Of a stretch of 64,000 bases of DNA, positions 13,941 to 28,815 are shown in pieces (within the stretch, counting starts at the first letter, position 1; each line of letters begins with the position of its first letter). The translations under genes were made by a program, and so were the position numbers. The notes beneath the pieces are model-generated. The model did no database searches and was not told the DNA's origin. It saw only the letters and a program-made list of their open reading frames with translations. This stretch comes from Tubiluchus corallicola (lineage: Eukaryota; Animalia; Priapulida), in NCBI GenBank assembly GCA_030141605.1, contig JAQGDQ010000899.1:8694-72693 (forward strand), in the 5' to 3' direction.

Positions 13941-16144
13941 TTCTAGTCTTTCGAACTAACCAGTTTGTTGGCAAAGACAAATCAATAGATAAGACAATAC
14001 AGTAACAACTGGTCAACTTTCTTTTAGAGCAGTAACACACATAAAAGCAGTTTTTAAGATGAAACTATTTTACGATCAAACCTAATTTTACTACAGAATG
14101 GCTATGCAACTAGAAGAGACAACTTTAAGATGTTAAAAACTAGAGACAAGTGTATAGTCTTTGCTATAAAATAGAAATGAAGCTTCTCTAAATCATCAAC
14201 TAAAAATAGAAATGTCTTTCTTATTCTATTAATTATTAGCAGTGCAGTTAAAAAGAAGTTGCGAATTAGGGAAATAAAGCTAAAGTAAGCTGTAACATCC
14301 GTGAATGCAACTTGCAACACAACATGAATGTGGTTCAGCCTAGCCTGCACCACATCCCTGCTATGGTGCCTGAACACCTACACAATACCAACAACACCAC
14401 ACAACGCACAAAACAATCTGCAAAGTCTTTGCTTCACTGCTTCTATAATTACGGCAATATGCTAACAAATATCACTTATATTATTGTAACTGACAGCCAG
14501 CAGCAGTAGCAGCTTAATATCAGCAAAAGCTGAATAGCATAGGATCAAAAAACGCTATATGGATCATGCACTGTAAACTTCAGCAATCGTTATAACACAC
14601 AAGAAGAAACGTAGAGATACTTTCTATACTATATGTCTATAGACTCCACAAGACGAAGTGCGCTACGCAAACACAATGCAAAACTATTATAGCATTTCAC
14701 ATTTATGTTTTGCAGCAAATTCCAGACAATAACACAATTACCTGTTTACACAGTTTTTCGAACGTCCAACAAATATTTTAGACAATAATTTACAGCTTTT
14801 GCACTCTCTTTCTACCCACGTGATATTGCACTTGTGTATTAATTTTAGCAATAGCGGTATCTTTTCAAACGCCTGCGTTTGCAATGTGTGCTGTCACTAC
14901 CATGTGGTGTTCTGCACACTTTGACAAAGTATAGTCCGGTCAAAATAAGCTTTGGCAAGGACAAAATAGTGTATGACTGAATTTTTGCACAGACACTCAG
15001 AAAGTCGTCCAGAATAACATATTAAAAAATCCCCATAAATCCACTTTGGGGGAAAAAGTTATGGTGCTTTAATTTCAAAATGGCTGCATGCTGTTTTAAA
15101 ATCAAAATAATTCAACTAAATGGCTCAATATAGCTTAAATGTATTACCTGCTTATATGAAAGTCCAAAAAATAGTGTTGCGAGGTCATTTAGTGTAAAGG
15201 CCATCTAAAGTGGCCGCAAGCGCAGTGTCAAAGTCAAAAATAACTCAATTAGTAATCATTGTAGTATTCTCGTTTGCATCATGAGCATATCGGCTGTTAA
15301 TGCATTTATGCAGTCAATGACGTTTATGCCATCTTAAATTTTTTCCAGTTGATATATTTTAACTGTAATGCTACGTTGGTGGCCATTTTGAATGACCCTG
15401 AAACACATTTCTTTGACTGGCCATATGAATACATATAGGGAATAATGCCAATTTAGCTTCAATCTCTGCACTCTGTCTGCTGAATTGATGGTTACCCTAC
15501 TAGTTTGTTGACTTTATGCTAGAAGTGAATTATATTAAATTTAAAAAATATTTATTTCCATATCAAAGTTGTAAAAGATGGTGCAAAGTATGCAGATTTG
15601 GGAGACCCAATCATGCTGTTTTGCAAAAATATAGCAGAAAATCATTGAATGGGATATTTTGAATGACCATGAAACGTTATTTTTCTGTCAGGTCATATGA
15701 ATACATATAGGGAGTGATATATTGCAACCAATAGCAGAAAATATTTCTCAACTACGCAGAGTTGGATATAATATCACCAAACCTATACAGATTCAAGAGC
15801 AGGTTCGTTTTCAGAGTAGTAAATGATTGAAACTTTATTTTCACTACATCGATGTGGAGCATTACATTTGAAGACTAATTTCCAAAAAAATGGACAAGTA
15901 CTTGGAAGACCACTCCACAAAGTTTCGTTCTCTCTTACATGGTTTTGTCAGTTTTAGTAAATTCAACCTTTTTCTAACTAATATTTCAAACTGAACTTTT
16001 CCACTTAACCACTGTACATTCATAAGTCGCAACACAAACCCTCATTACACCCTAACAACTGTCACAACAACTATAAGAATCATAATAATTTGGTTGAAAA
16101 ATCTTACATAATTTTATTTAGAAAGATTGAAGTATTAGTTATAA

Positions 16145-16335
16145 TACTCATAATTATAGAGGTTTATAAAATACTGACTAGGAAAGAAAATGTTTTGCCT
16201 AGTAATTTCTTTAATCTAGTTGCTGATTGAAAAACCAGAGGACATAGTTTAAAACTTTTTAAAAAGCTGATGCAGCTTGACTTTTGCAAATCTTCATTTA
16301 ATGTCAGAATAGTGAAAGAATGGAATAATTTGTCT
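16145..16335 (+). mobile_element. Degraded CR1-like LINE 3' fragment
   Basis: IEVYKIL...*KTRGHSLKLFKK...FNVRIVKEWNNL, with an internal stop. Confidence 0.75.
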
Positions 16336-17967
16336 GCCCTGTGATTGCTGCCACTCCAGTCCTGATAGACTCAGACTCAGCTCGCTTTATTTTTTCCCAT
16401 AATACATGTAGTTTGGTTTGAGTTACGGTAAGAGCCATAAATACCTAATACAAAAGGAAAATATTGGCAAAAAACTAAGGTTATCGAGTCAACCATAATT
16501 TGGAAACTAATTTGGAAATTTTTAGTATCATAATGTGAGAATAGTGAAACTGATATGCTGTAAACGTGACATTGTTAATAGCTTACCAATAATTTAGAAT
16601 TAGCTACAATAAGTTAAGCAAATTCATGGAACATCTTTATAGAATTAATTTACAGAAATCTAAATAATAATAATATAAAAGAGCAATCCAAAAAATCAAC
16701 ATAAAGCATACATGGAATCATGATAATTATGATACGTGCAAAATCAATAACAAAATCAATACTACTATTAATAATAATCAAAAATAAAGCAGTAAAAAGA
16801 ATAATGATATTGCTATAAATACGTGTCTTGTGTTCAATAAAACGTATAAATAATACATGTCTGTTCGGCGATGTAGGAGCAGTCAGCAGAATATTGTGTA
16901 ATAATTTTTAGATACATGGCATACCTTGCAGTAGTGCGTTATCACATTAGTGACTACCCTGGAGCCATAATGTTAAAACTATTCAAGAATCTGTGCCATA
17001 AATTTCACTGAAATTATTCAAGAAACTTACAGTTAAAACATAAGAATAGACAGCTGAACTGGCACAGATGAGATAATGCAACATGATATAATTGATATGC
17101 AAGTACAGACACTAGAAGAAGAAACCAATAATACTTGTCATAAGTATCAGAAAAGTCACTGAAGAGAAAGAATAAATATAGGATTGCTAGTTAGTATCAT
17201 TGTTGTAGCCAGTCAATAAGTTGTCTTTTAAATGCCTTTGCAATGTCTTTACAGAACCTGATGTGAACTTCTCTGTAATTCAAAATAATTTATAGCCTTA
17301 ACTTTATAGTTGTAGTTGAAAAGTGTTTTTTGCGTAAAACATGTCTGAGTGTTATGAACATCAGCAGCGTATGTATAGCAGGATGGGAAAATCTAAGGAA
17401 GCAAGCATGTTAAAAGTAATATACAAATTTCGCCAATTCCAATTAGTATAGTTTGAGTTTAGTCTAGCTTAAATACTTCAATGACAATCAAATTGTGGAA
17501 AATATGGGTTTCTATCTATAAGTGTAGGGAGGCATGGCGAGATATAAACTATAGGCAAAAGCCTATATAGGCTTCGCCCTGTCGTTTGGGGTATCCACTA
17601 CCGATAATCAAGTCGCGAAGCACAAATAAATTAAACTATGAAAACTGTATTATTGTCCATACTTTGTTATAGCGTATCTATGGTTAACACTCCTCAAGCA
17701 GGGGGAGCTCGGGAAAGGTGTGCCTCATTGTGGTTTGCATATTTGGGTAAAGTATACGTAAATATTTAGTTTCTTTAATTTCATCCAAAAAGGTCTTATC
17801 AACACACCATTAGATATCTAAAATACACAAACATACGCAGCTGCATGTGACAGGGGAGCGTGGTCTGAAATAGTCATGTTTAGTTTTAGTTTAATTTACT
17901 TTATTCACGTCTGTTACGGTTACTGTTACTAGTGTTACTCTGTTAGTATTAAATAGTAATACTAAGT

Positions 17968-18090
17968 CAGGAGACTAGATGACCCTATGGTCCTTCCCTG
18001 CCCTGCTCCACTACTATAATTAAGTAATATTTAAAAAAACTTGTCATGTCAAACAAATGGAGAAAATAAATGTTCTATGTCTATGTCTAA
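17968..18090 (+). repeat. Dispersed repeat, probable retroposon 3' end; inverted copy at ~51031-51150
   Basis: GAGACTAGATGACCCTATGGTCCTTCCCTGCCCTGCTCCA...AGAAAATAAATGTTCTATGTCTATGTCT recurs as a reverse complement near 51031-51150. It has AATAAA and a short microsatellite tail. Confidence 0.65.
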
Positions 18091-19278
18091 GTAATAGTAT
18101 ACTAGTATTAGTATTGCTAGTAATATTTTCATTATTTGTACATAAAAGGACATTCATTGAAAAATACAGTACAATTATTAGCATACTACTAATTAGTAGT
18201 TATTAAGATGTGCAGGAGGACACAGAGCAAAAGTACTTACTTGTGACTATCGAATTTAAGAAAGCTTGTTAAATCAACATATTCAAGTCTTTTAGTTTTA
18301 GTTTTACGAAATAAAGTAACATTTCCAGCAATTCCGTATTGGAACAACACAATTTGAGAAAAATTCATGAAAATGTGTCTTGCATGTATGACTTATAAAG
18401 AGGAGGTGTAGCTCCGGAGATGATGATGATGAAAATGTAAATAATTTTGTAAATTTCAAAATTACTTTCACTTAAAAACCAACAATTTGCAAACAGCACT
18501 AAATAAAGCTAGTTGCCGCTCATGGTAAGGGGGCTGCAGAAGAATTTAAAAAACATGAACACCATTAATTAATGTTTTTGATCAAATTGATATTCCCATT
18601 TTCTAAGATTGTTTCTAATACTAAAGTAATAGTATTTTTAGTAATATACTAATAGAGTTTTAAAAATAAAAATCTTATCCCAGAAATCCACAGAAAGTAG
18701 AAATCTTATAATGAATTTGCTAGTATGCCTTACTTATAGAAAATGCCCTCCTTTTACATTCCAAGTAGCACTTCTACCATTGGTAATTGATGATTAAATT
18801 TAATAAAAAACTTTACCTTTACGAGGGGGGAAATGGGCATCCACCTCTGATATCCAAGTAAGCGCTTGTTTCAGACAAAACAGACAACCTGCAAACAATA
18901 AACGCAGGCAGGTGAAAACAAATTCTTCAGACACATGGATTAATTAGAGCTCTAAATGCTTTTATTAAAACTTATAAAGATGCAAAATAACACTCAACTC
19001 TGTAAAACATTTAATAGAAAAGTGGTTTTTTTCCATCTGCTAAAAAGTAGTTCCCAACTCCTCCGCCTCCTTGCCAAATAGTTCCACATTGACAAAAAAA
19101 AAAGAAAATTTAAACTCCACTAATAAGAGCAAAAACTGAATTTATAGCAAGTTGTTTTGCATTTAATAGCAGCTTCAGTTTAACTTTTCGTACTTTTCTT
19201 GGCTGTGCATTTGGTTTTGATTTTGATTGATTTTTTTATCTCTTATTTTTTGTACTTTTGTTAGAACTAGGAAGGGAT

Positions 19279-22200
19279 ATGGCTGATTCTCCAAGATTAA
19301 GACTGCCGCCTCTTGATGCGAACAAATCAGTTATTCACGCTGCAAATAAGGCAAGATGACAGTTGGTTTCTCAAAATTTAATTGGCTGTTCATATACCTT
19401 AATTATTATGTCATGAATAATGACTGTTGAGTATTAGTAGTTAACATTTTAATATAATATTTTAATTACTAGCTCGAGTTATTCATGAAAGAGTGATGTT
19501 ATTATAATTATTGCGTTTTGTTTTAAATTAAAAAATATGGTTTTGTATGAGTGCTTCAGAGTTTTAAATTAAAAAATTTGCTATTATAATTGTGTGTGCT
19601 TCAGAGTTTTAAATTAAAAAATTCGCTTTTATATAAGTATACGAACGTAACAAAAAATTTAAATTAAAAAATTTGCTATTATAATTGTGTGAATGCTTCA
19701 GAGTTTTAAATTAAAAAATTCGCTTTTATATAAGTATACGAACGTAACAAAAAAATTATGAAATTCCTGGCCCAAGTGTGCGATAAAAAAATATTACGCG
19801 GGAGATTAGACAGAAACAATATTTTTATTGTCGGCCTTTATCAGGTTGTGCTTACTACTATTGTTATTGTAGTCTTTGGTAACTGTTCTCTTTGAAAATC
19901 CTTTGGTAGTACATTGCGTTCGTGAGAGAAAACACCGTACAGCAGGTTTTGGTGTTGGACGTCTGTTTATTTTAAGTAAACTCACTTTTCTAACTTCACT
20001 CTTCCAAACTCTTCCTTCCATGACAAAAGATACGTGATGAGAGCTAACTTTTTCCAATGAAACAAGTTTGCCAAACTTAAAGGCAGTTCAGGAGTCTGCC
20101 TTTCCAGAGACTGAGTGCCTTGTCAGAGCTAGTCAGGGAGTTTATTGAGTGACTGCCACTGAGTTACTGAGAGTGCTAGCTTTTTCATTATATTTTTTTA
20201 ACATCCTATGTTACTGAGTGACTATGCTTCACTAAACCAGGAAGCTTTTTTAACTAGGTGACATTTCTGGTGTATGACTGACACTAACAACAATTACTAG
20301 ATCAGTGTTCCTAGTCAGCTTCAATAAGGAAGTTCTACACACTAGCATTACATACAATAAATCTAAATATAAATCTAAAGGAACAGGGAAATTTTCTTGC
20401 TGACAAAGGACATCAATAACTCTGTAACACTACATATGAAACCAATGCAGCATTTAAAATAACAGTGTTTGTTTAATTAGTTAGGTACTTAAAATTTTAT
20501 AGATTTTTCACAACAAAGGAAAACTTAATGATATTATTTCAATATATTATATTAGGTTGCCGCTGGTGAAGTTAGTACATCAAATAACCAACTTGAGAGG
20601 AAAAATGCAAAACAAATGGTGAGTATGACTAATAGGTTAACTGCACGAAGCCAATTTTACTCAACAGAAGAAAGTCTGGTTTCACCTAATGAAATTGCAG
20701 GTGCACAGTACATGGTCATCAGCCACCCGACGAGTGCTTCATTAGATCTGCAGTAGGTTTACAGCATGCAGGACTGTGTCATATAGAATCTATGGCTCTC
20801 TGGGCTAAAAATTAGTATTCTGAATAGTATGTGCAAAAAAACTTTAATTGTGGTTTAAGGTATCAACATTGTTTATTAAGTTTTAACAGCAATATGGCTG
20901 GCAAAAACTCTCATTTCGCTTTTACATTATCAAAGTATTTTACAAGTACATAGTAATTGATGTTTACAAGTACATAGTAATTAATGTTTCACAGTGTTAT
21001 AATTTAGTTTATTGGCTGTTTGCCAAGAAAGGATTTTACTACTTTTCTAGTTTTTTCTATACTATGTATAAGTATAAGAACTTCATTACACTGTGGAATT
21101 TAATAGGAATTATATACTATTTTCTAAAACTTTAAAAAATTTTCAGCATCATATAATTATATATGCACGAATGTATGTATGTCACATCATTTTTGTGCTT
21201 TTTTTCTATACATTTATTTACTGATAATGAAAGTAAAAGTTAGGTGACATTTTTAATGCATTTTTTGCAATATGAAAAATTTTTCAGATGCTGTTTCAAA
21301 CATAAAAAAAATATGTGAGATGAAACTTTATATTTTCGTATTTTCTTTTAGTGACTATTGTTAGTATATCTTTTTCTCCAAATTTTGTGCACAAATAGTA
21401 TATAGGCATACATATATCTTTGTTTTTGAGAAACTAAATTTAAATGTACAAACATAATGGCTAAATATACACATGAACAAGAGGAACAGCTGTCTAACAT
21501 TGATGTGTGATGAACAATCGAATTTAAGCAATACTAAGTCTGATCAATGAACTGATGGGTTAATGCGGACTTGAATACTTATTCTGAGTGTGTCATTCGC
21601 CGTTCTCATTTTGGTTATTTCTTCCGGTGAACAAGGATGTGTTCATATCTGACTGAGCTGTAACTGAGATAATGCTGCTAACTTATGTATCACCTTGAAG
21701 GATTAACTTCAATAATGAGCTAGATGTCAGTCCTTGTTTTTCTTTTCAGCTCGCACTTGCTCCGAATTTCAATGTGAATCGGTTTGCTACAAAGAAAACC
21801 ATTACACAGGGAATGTTGGACGTGGCCCTTCTTATGTCTAATGTGTCGCAGTTGAAGGTATGGGGTCAATTATTACCATGTGTCTGTTCACTGTTGCGAA
21901 ACACGGTATTGTCGCAAACAACAGTTGCATAAGTTTTCTTTCTTTAAATGCTTCGTTCTTTTTAAAGGACAAGAAAAGGGGCACCTGAAGTAGGTTTCAG
22001 AAAAATCGCCTTAAAAATTATACTACTTTACACCAGTTTTATGCACATACCGTATTCGCGTTGAAAGGAATTTTCGTTCGTTTCCATTTTAAATCTCCCG
22101 CAATACTGTTCCGATGGCACCATTACATGACGTCACTAAAACACATAAATCAGGGGAAGAAAACGTAATGTTAAATTAGGATCCAAAAAACTTTCCGTGC

Positions 22201-23789
22201 AAATCTATATTACTTAGCACTTCGCTTACCTGCTGGAAACACTTGTGTAACTAGACTAATAATTCAAAAAGGTTGTGTCAGCCCGTAAAATGTAGCTGAC
22301 TCACCCTCCAGAGTGCGCCACTCACTTGCCAGAAACGTATTTTTAATCTTATTGACAAGATACAGTAATTTAAAATTTTACTTAATTAGCAACATGTATG
22401 CTACAGATGCTCTGATTATTATTTCAAACTTTACTCAATGTTTATGAGAACTTGTTTCAAACGACCTCCCATTAAAATGGCTGCGCCTAACGGTCATCGC
22501 GGGAGTTTAAATTTACACGTCTTATACAGCGTTACGGCCGATACAAGCCATGAATTCAAAAAGGTAGTATGTAAGTGGTATAAAATTTCGAGACCAATTT
22601 TTTAAGCTTTATGTAAGTGGAGGATTTTCATGTGCTTTAAGGCTACAGAATACATTAAATTTTAACTGAAATTGCAGCACTGAACAGAAACCCGCTCTTA
22701 GTTTAAAAAGCTTCAATTAGCATTTTGCATTGGCTTGATTAACGAAACACGTAGACATACAACCATTTGAATAATTGATCTAATTTATTCTATCTAATCT
22801 AATCTAAGTAATATCAGATTGATTTAAGTCATGATTTTCTATGAGTAGGGAAGTTGCTTAGCAACGTCTCCATAAATATTTTTCTTGTAACTTTCGCATG
22901 CCTAGCAAAATTTCTTGTATTGTTTTGTTTTGAAACAAACATCTGTATAGCGCCTTTTGGCATTTTTCTGATCCTTGAGGTTTTGCTGTTTCACGCTAGA
23001 ATGTGGAAATTTGGCTTAGGAAACACGAATGTGTAAGTTTTTTTAATTTTCACGTCAGCAGCCACTGCTGGATTTTAATGATCCCTTATAAACTGCTTGT
23101 TTTCAAAGACAACAAATATAGAATGGCATTGGAATTTGTTATTTACAGAACTTGGATCTTGTGAGCTCTAAAGAATGTATTTATGCTAGGCAAAATTAAA
23201 AAAAATTCTATAATTTTGGCCTCATTTGCTCTCTGCCTTGCTCATTCTCTTTACCTTTACACTAAACTTGTAACTGATGACTGTCATTATTATTTTCTAA
23301 TCATCTTTTGCTGTGCATCTGTTTTCTACTCACTATTGCTTCTAGTGCCTTGTACAAAACATGATTTTCAGAATACATTGAAATGTCAAGGCAGCCCTTG
23401 TTACAGGGCAAATTTTATTATGTAATTATTACAAATACTGTCGATTCTGTGTGGTTGATTCTTATATAAGAAACTGCAAGGTTAGCTGTCGATCGAACAA
23501 TGGGTTATTCTTCACTTTACAGGTATTGATAGACACCGGACCCACGTATTATTACTACACATTTATGATGATCATGGTTTCGCTCTCGCTTGTGCTGCAG
23601 GTCGTTTGCGGTTGCCTCTTTCTCTACATTTCAATAACCAACTTGAACAAGGAGGAAAATCATCTTCTCATCGACCGACTGAATGATGCTGCCACGGTTG
23701 CCGTTTTCTTCATCACGCTGGTCAACGTTTTTATAGGGGTTTTTGGCATTCAGCTTGGCCGTCCATCATTGCACTTGAAAGAGCTTTAG
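19279..23789 (+). CDS. NINJ: Ninjurin family membrane protein, ~169 aa, 4 coding exons
   Basis: Exons 21750-21857 (NVNRFATKKTITQGMLDVALLMSNVSQLK) and 23523-23789 (two hydrophobic helices, LSLVLQVVCG...LNDAATVAVFFITLVNVFIGVFG) show the ninjurin signature. Upstream exons 19279-19350 (GC donor) and 20556-20618 are in phase but less certain. Confidence 0.92.
19550..19760. repeat. Local tandem duplication in ninjurin intron 1
   Basis: Repeated TGCTTCAGAGTTTTAAATTAAAAAAT and TATAAGTATACGAACGTAACAAAAAAATT blocks. Confidence 0.7.
21962..22020 (+). mobile_element. Terminal repeat of a TTAA-flanked (Kolobok-like) non-autonomous element; reverse-complement copy at ~62472-62530
   Basis: TTAAAGGACAAGAAAAG...CCTGAAGTAGGTTTCAGAAAAATCG is matched by its reverse complement at ~62472-62530. 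Confidence 0.5.
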
Positions 23790-25379
23790 AGTGTGCTTTG
23801 TGGCTAGCAGGGTGATTGCACACTAGGATAGCGATGATTTATGTAACTGCTTTTTCATCTCTTACGGAAGGATAACTTGGTTGGAATGTCCGTGCTCACA
23901 GTAGTGATCTCTTTTCCACTTGTCATTGCTTCCTCAGTGTGCAATTTGTCCGAGAATTTTCGTCTAACAATAAATCGTAAAGCAATAATTACTAACTTTT
24001 CTGTAATTTACGATTGTCTTATTATTTTATTGGTGTTGCTCATATGTGCTATTTTTAAGGGTGATGTTTTTAGTGGTTATTATCATATACATACAATATT
24101 TTAAATGGTGATGCTCTTTGAAATTTTATTGCATTAAGATTGATATTTTACCCTCTGTATATGTAGTATATTATATGTCTACTGGATCATGTTAAAATAT
24201 AAAATTTAAGATGATAATGTGAACATATGTGTGCTTGCATAACAAAATCATCCATAAGTCGATAATAAGCTTTTCTAGTTATTAACATATCCCGAATCTT
24301 CATTTCTTAAGGATAATTTTGATACCAAGCTCATCGCTCTATGTTATTTCTAAGCTGACATAATCAATGTTGAAGTTGAGGTGCAGGCTGCACACTGAAA
24401 AACATAATCTTGAGAAATTCGCTATTAAAGTTAGCCATTGTTTTTTTTTTTGTCGCGTTTCTGCAAAAACGCTTTGCAACTGTATGAACTGGTGGTTGCT
24501 GTGGACTTTGTACGAAATCATTGAAGTTTTGTTAAATCCTGTAGATGGCTCTTCCAAGCGAAGATCTGGGCTTGGCAAAAGAAAAAACTGCAAGCAAAAT
24601 GACAGCTTCCACGAGCTACTCTCGGAGTTTGAAAATACGAGTTTTTGGCAAATGCCTTACTAGTTTGTAAGCAGAGAAGTGGGCAAGGAGTTGCAAAATT
24701 CAGTTTTTACCATTTTCTAAACATTTTCCTTAAGTTTTGGTGCAAGAACAATAAAAGTCCAATATATTTAGCATATATTGCAAGTAACAAAAGATGACAT
24801 TTGATCCAATTTTTGACGCATTCTACTTTGAAGCTTCAGCATGCGCCGACTTACAGGCGGCTTTGGTTTGCAAGCACACATATAGGAACTGTAATTATGA
24901 AGGTTCTTAACAGTTTTGAAACTGTGTAACTCAGCTTGTTGGGGAAAGTGGTTAGTAATAATTTATTGCCATGTTCAGTATGTAGGATGTCTTTAATGAG
25001 GTGCTAAAGTTTTATAAAGATTTCGATTAGTGCAAGAACTGGCAATAATTTTATTGTGTGTATAAGACAAGCAGTGATATGAGAAGCATAATAGTGGTAA
25101 TATTATGTTATAATGATGTGTTCAGAAATTAAACATATATAAAATCAGTTTATATGCATACCACTGATTTTGGGGTATGGTCATCAATGTTTCATGATGC
25201 CTTTGTCTTCGGGCTCTTCTTTAAGGTCTAAACCTTGTTCTGCTCATACTTTATATCACGTTAAAGAAAGGAGAATTTCACTTGCACAAGAATGAGGTGG
25301 CCTTTCACTGGTGTTTGCATGTATGTGTGCCTAAGGTGATGTAGAGCTTTGTTTATTTTTCCTTTAAAGCAATTTACGG

Positions 25380-25854
25380 CAGGGGTGTGCAACTTGCGGC
25401 ACGCCGAGAGAATTTCTGCGGCCCGCGAAGAGATTTGTTAACCTAATGAAAGTGTGGCCCGGGCGATTAATTGAGTGTATCCAGCTGAAGTCCGTGCCAC
25501 GACCCCAAATATAGCGTGGTTAGTTTTTTCTACTAGATCGGATGCCATTAACCCTTACAAGACGGTTGTAGCTTAATAACACTGTACTACACAGTGATAC
25601 ATATTACTAATATACATTGTAATGAAATTACCACTATCTGTCCTGAAAGTAGAAATATATGGTTTGTAATATAAATTTTAATAACTACTAAAATAGTTTC
25701 TTGAGTGTAGTAGTAATGATGTACGCAGATCGGATGCAAAAAATCGTTATTAGGCCTTTCTGTACTTGGCTCCTTGATCAAACTGCCTGTGGCCTGCAGC
25801 AATTGCAGGAAAGTTTAATGTGGCCCGGTTAATCAGATAATTTGCACACCCCTG
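25380..25854. mobile_element. hAT-type MITE
   Basis: TIRs CAGGGGTGTGCAA / TTGCACACCCCTG with a perfect 8-bp TSD, atttacgg. Confidence 0.92.
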
Positions 25855-25862
25855 ATTTACGG

Positions 25863-26365
25863 TATTGCATCTATGGCTTCCTGTGGTAGCTCGTTCCATA
25901 TGTTTATCACTCTCCCCGAGAAAGAGTTTAGTTCATCAGTCTGCTTTGCTTTTTGAATAGTTTTTGTGTGTGCCCTCGAGGTCTGGTGTATGTGGCTTTC
26001 GTGAAGAAATTTTCCATAGCAATGTAATCTATGTTGTTTATTATACGATACACTTGTATCAGGTCTCGTTAGTAAGGTGTTACTAGGTAAGTTAAAGCTT
26101 TTGCGTATCAGACCGAGTCTTACATGGGCTTTCTTTGTCACTTCTATTACATGTCGACTTGGTTTTAGTGTCGTGTCAAATGTAACTCCAAGGTTTTTTC
26201 CTCTTCCCCTTCTTCTAGAACACTTGTCCTTCGATTTTCCATCATGTGATAATTAAATTTCGGGTTTCTATTTCCATAATGAATTACTTTGCATTTTGGC
26301 ACATTGAATAAAAAATTTTTAGTTGCCAGTCTTCAGCCCATTTACGCAGATCCTTTATATCATAT
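25863..26365 (-). mobile_element. Degraded CR1-like LINE reverse transcriptase 3' region
   Basis: Minus-strand remnants: KWAEDWQL, KCKVIHYGNRNP, LGVTFD, LGLIRKSF and RVINIWNELPQEAIDA; frameshifted. Confidence 0.8.
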
Positions 26366-26734
26366 TAAAGGATCTAGCCCTAAGATACACGGTATTACCT
26401 ACCACACACCTACGAAAAAAAGGTGTGTGTAAAAATCTTGGAAACACAAACGGAGGATAAAACGATCTCAAAACATTTTTTGGTAATATTTTATTTATTT
26501 ATTTTCCGCTATTAAAGTATTCAAAAAACATTTGCAATTGCATATTACGAAAACCGGATAGTGAATATTTGTGAATATCAAATTTTTATAACTACCAGAT
26601 AATATTGGATACGAATACCTGCAAAATCTTGTGAACGTTACCATTGTCGGATAACAAATCAGAGAGCAACATTATTCATTACTGAAATTTGTGTGACAGA
26701 TTAGTCGATTAAAAAAATCAAAAGTCCTTGTTAG

Positions 26735-26985
26735 CAGGGCTTATTTCAGCCTAAGCGAGGCCCGGGGAAGTGGGACGTGTGAGGCCCCCAGGGGGGGGGC
26801 GCCACCCAGAAAATTTTTGAACTGCTAGAACGCCGGAGAAGCATTTTCGAAGAGAAAAAGAGAAAACATGGAGTTATACAGTTGTTAAGAGGGAGAGAGG
26901 AGGCAGTATGTTCGCATAAAGCAAAAAAATGTTACCTCGACGTGAGGCCCCCTACGGAGAAGTATCCCCACTCCCCCCCCCTTGT
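26735..26985. mobile_element. Degenerate hAT-like MITE related to 675-864
   Basis: Starts CAGGGC and shares ATGTTACCTCGRCGTGAGGCCCCC with the 675-864 element. Confidence 0.5.
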
Positions 26986-28559
26986 TAGTAAACAGAGTGT
27001 ACATGCTGCTTTGAAACTTTTTGTCTCACACATGTACCTTTTACTGTGACATTTATGTAGCTAAATGTTATTTAATGTTAGTAACCATTCACCACTAGTG
27101 CTACTTCACCATACTAGGTACTAGCCAGAAATCAAACGTGTACCGATGATTTTGTCTTTTGTACAGTCATTAAAAGATAATCTCTATTGGCAACAGTTAT
27201 AGCTTCATTGTTAGCTGCTGTTTTTAGTCTAGGGTTGACCTTAGTGTAGAGTTTTTCAAAATCCTGTTTACTGTAGCATGAGTGTTTATATGCAAAGCTA
27301 TATAAATTTGTTTTTGAAGTGTATGATTAAGAAATAATCGGGAATGATCATCATCCAATTGTTGTAAGCTACCTCTTTTTTCGTGCACCAAAAAATTTAT
27401 TATAATATTCATTTACTTATGAAAATGTACGGCAATGAGTAATGCACATCGCATATTAATGTTATTAAATCGTACATACGACTACTATTGGTTATCAGAG
27501 TATAAAAATATAAACCACTATTTTAGTGTAATACCCACAGCAACATTATGACATTCACTTATAAGTAAATTGTATGAAGTTCATATACCGCTATTTTTTC
27601 GTTAAAATTTGGTGTGTTCTTACGAACTTGTGTACTGATTTGCACCCCTATAGAATGACTATTCGTTGCTCTACTTTTAAAATTGAAAGTATGTCAGATA
27701 TTATAATTATTTTGTATTAGAATTAATAGATCTATTACTGCTGTGATAAACTTTTTTGGAAAAATAAAGTATTTTTGGCAAAAACATTTTGTGAATATTA
27801 ATCTAGTCATTTACTTGCGTTTCAAGAAAGAAGAAACAAATTCTTCAAGTTTAAATTAACGAAATTTAATAAAAATTTTCTTTTTGAACCCTTTCCTTTT
27901 TTGTCGTAAATCACGCCTCTTCATACCATTCTACAGTACGTGATAAATGCCATGTTTTGTCTTTAAAATAAGAGAACAATATTGCTAATAATTATTAATG
28001 GAAATTACATCGCAAAAAAACAATCATTTTATCAACTGTATGTTAGTAGTGAAATTCTTCACTTTCTGCTAGATACAGCTCAAAAAGGTAATTTTGAAAT
28101 AAGTTTCTTTAAATCTTTATTAAGTCTATTAGTCATTCTAGGTTTTAGCTGTTCTTTGGCGGTTTTGAAGCAGAAGTTGGCCAAGTGTACTGTAAAAATG
28201 CAGCTAAGTGTACGGTAAAAAATGCAGCTAAATGTACTGTCAAAATGCTTATCCTGCTAGTATCTGATTTATGAATACTTGTCTATGATGACATAGTTAT
28301 CACAGGAATGACAAGTTAGACAATTAACGTGTCGATCAAGTCTAACTATGCAAAGGGGTTGACGAAGGTCAAGTTGTCCTGGTTCGTTTCTCATTACGGA
28401 ACTTGTAACGGAAGTCAAACTCACCGTTTCTGTTTATTAACTTAGTGCCATTGTTAAAATCTAAAGCGACATCAATTATATTTGTTTGTTTATTTCTGCT
28501 TTATCATGTCTAGTGTCTACGTTATCTTTATCCTATATAGAATGAGTTTTTAAAGATAA

Positions 28560-28815
28560 ACCGGCTTCAGACCTGCATGAGAGCAAAATCTAAAAATGGC
28601 TCCTACCAAGTTTCAGGGTTTTGTTTTTACTGAGATTACTCTTATTAACTTTGCACTAACTTTGTTAACAAACAAACAAACAAATCAAGGGCGATGAAAA
28701 CAAAACCTCCTTGATGAAGGTAATTACAATCATAACCGTAATCATAATTGAACTAATAAACAATCAGACAAACAAACAAACAGTGTTGAAAATACCACCT
28801 CCTTGGCGGGGATAA
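28560..28815. mobile_element. Helentron/HINE-like non-autonomous repeat ends
   Basis: (AAAC)n microsatellites followed by the ACCTCCTTGGCGG-type terminal hairpin, present twice (~28705 and ~28797). Confidence 0.45.
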
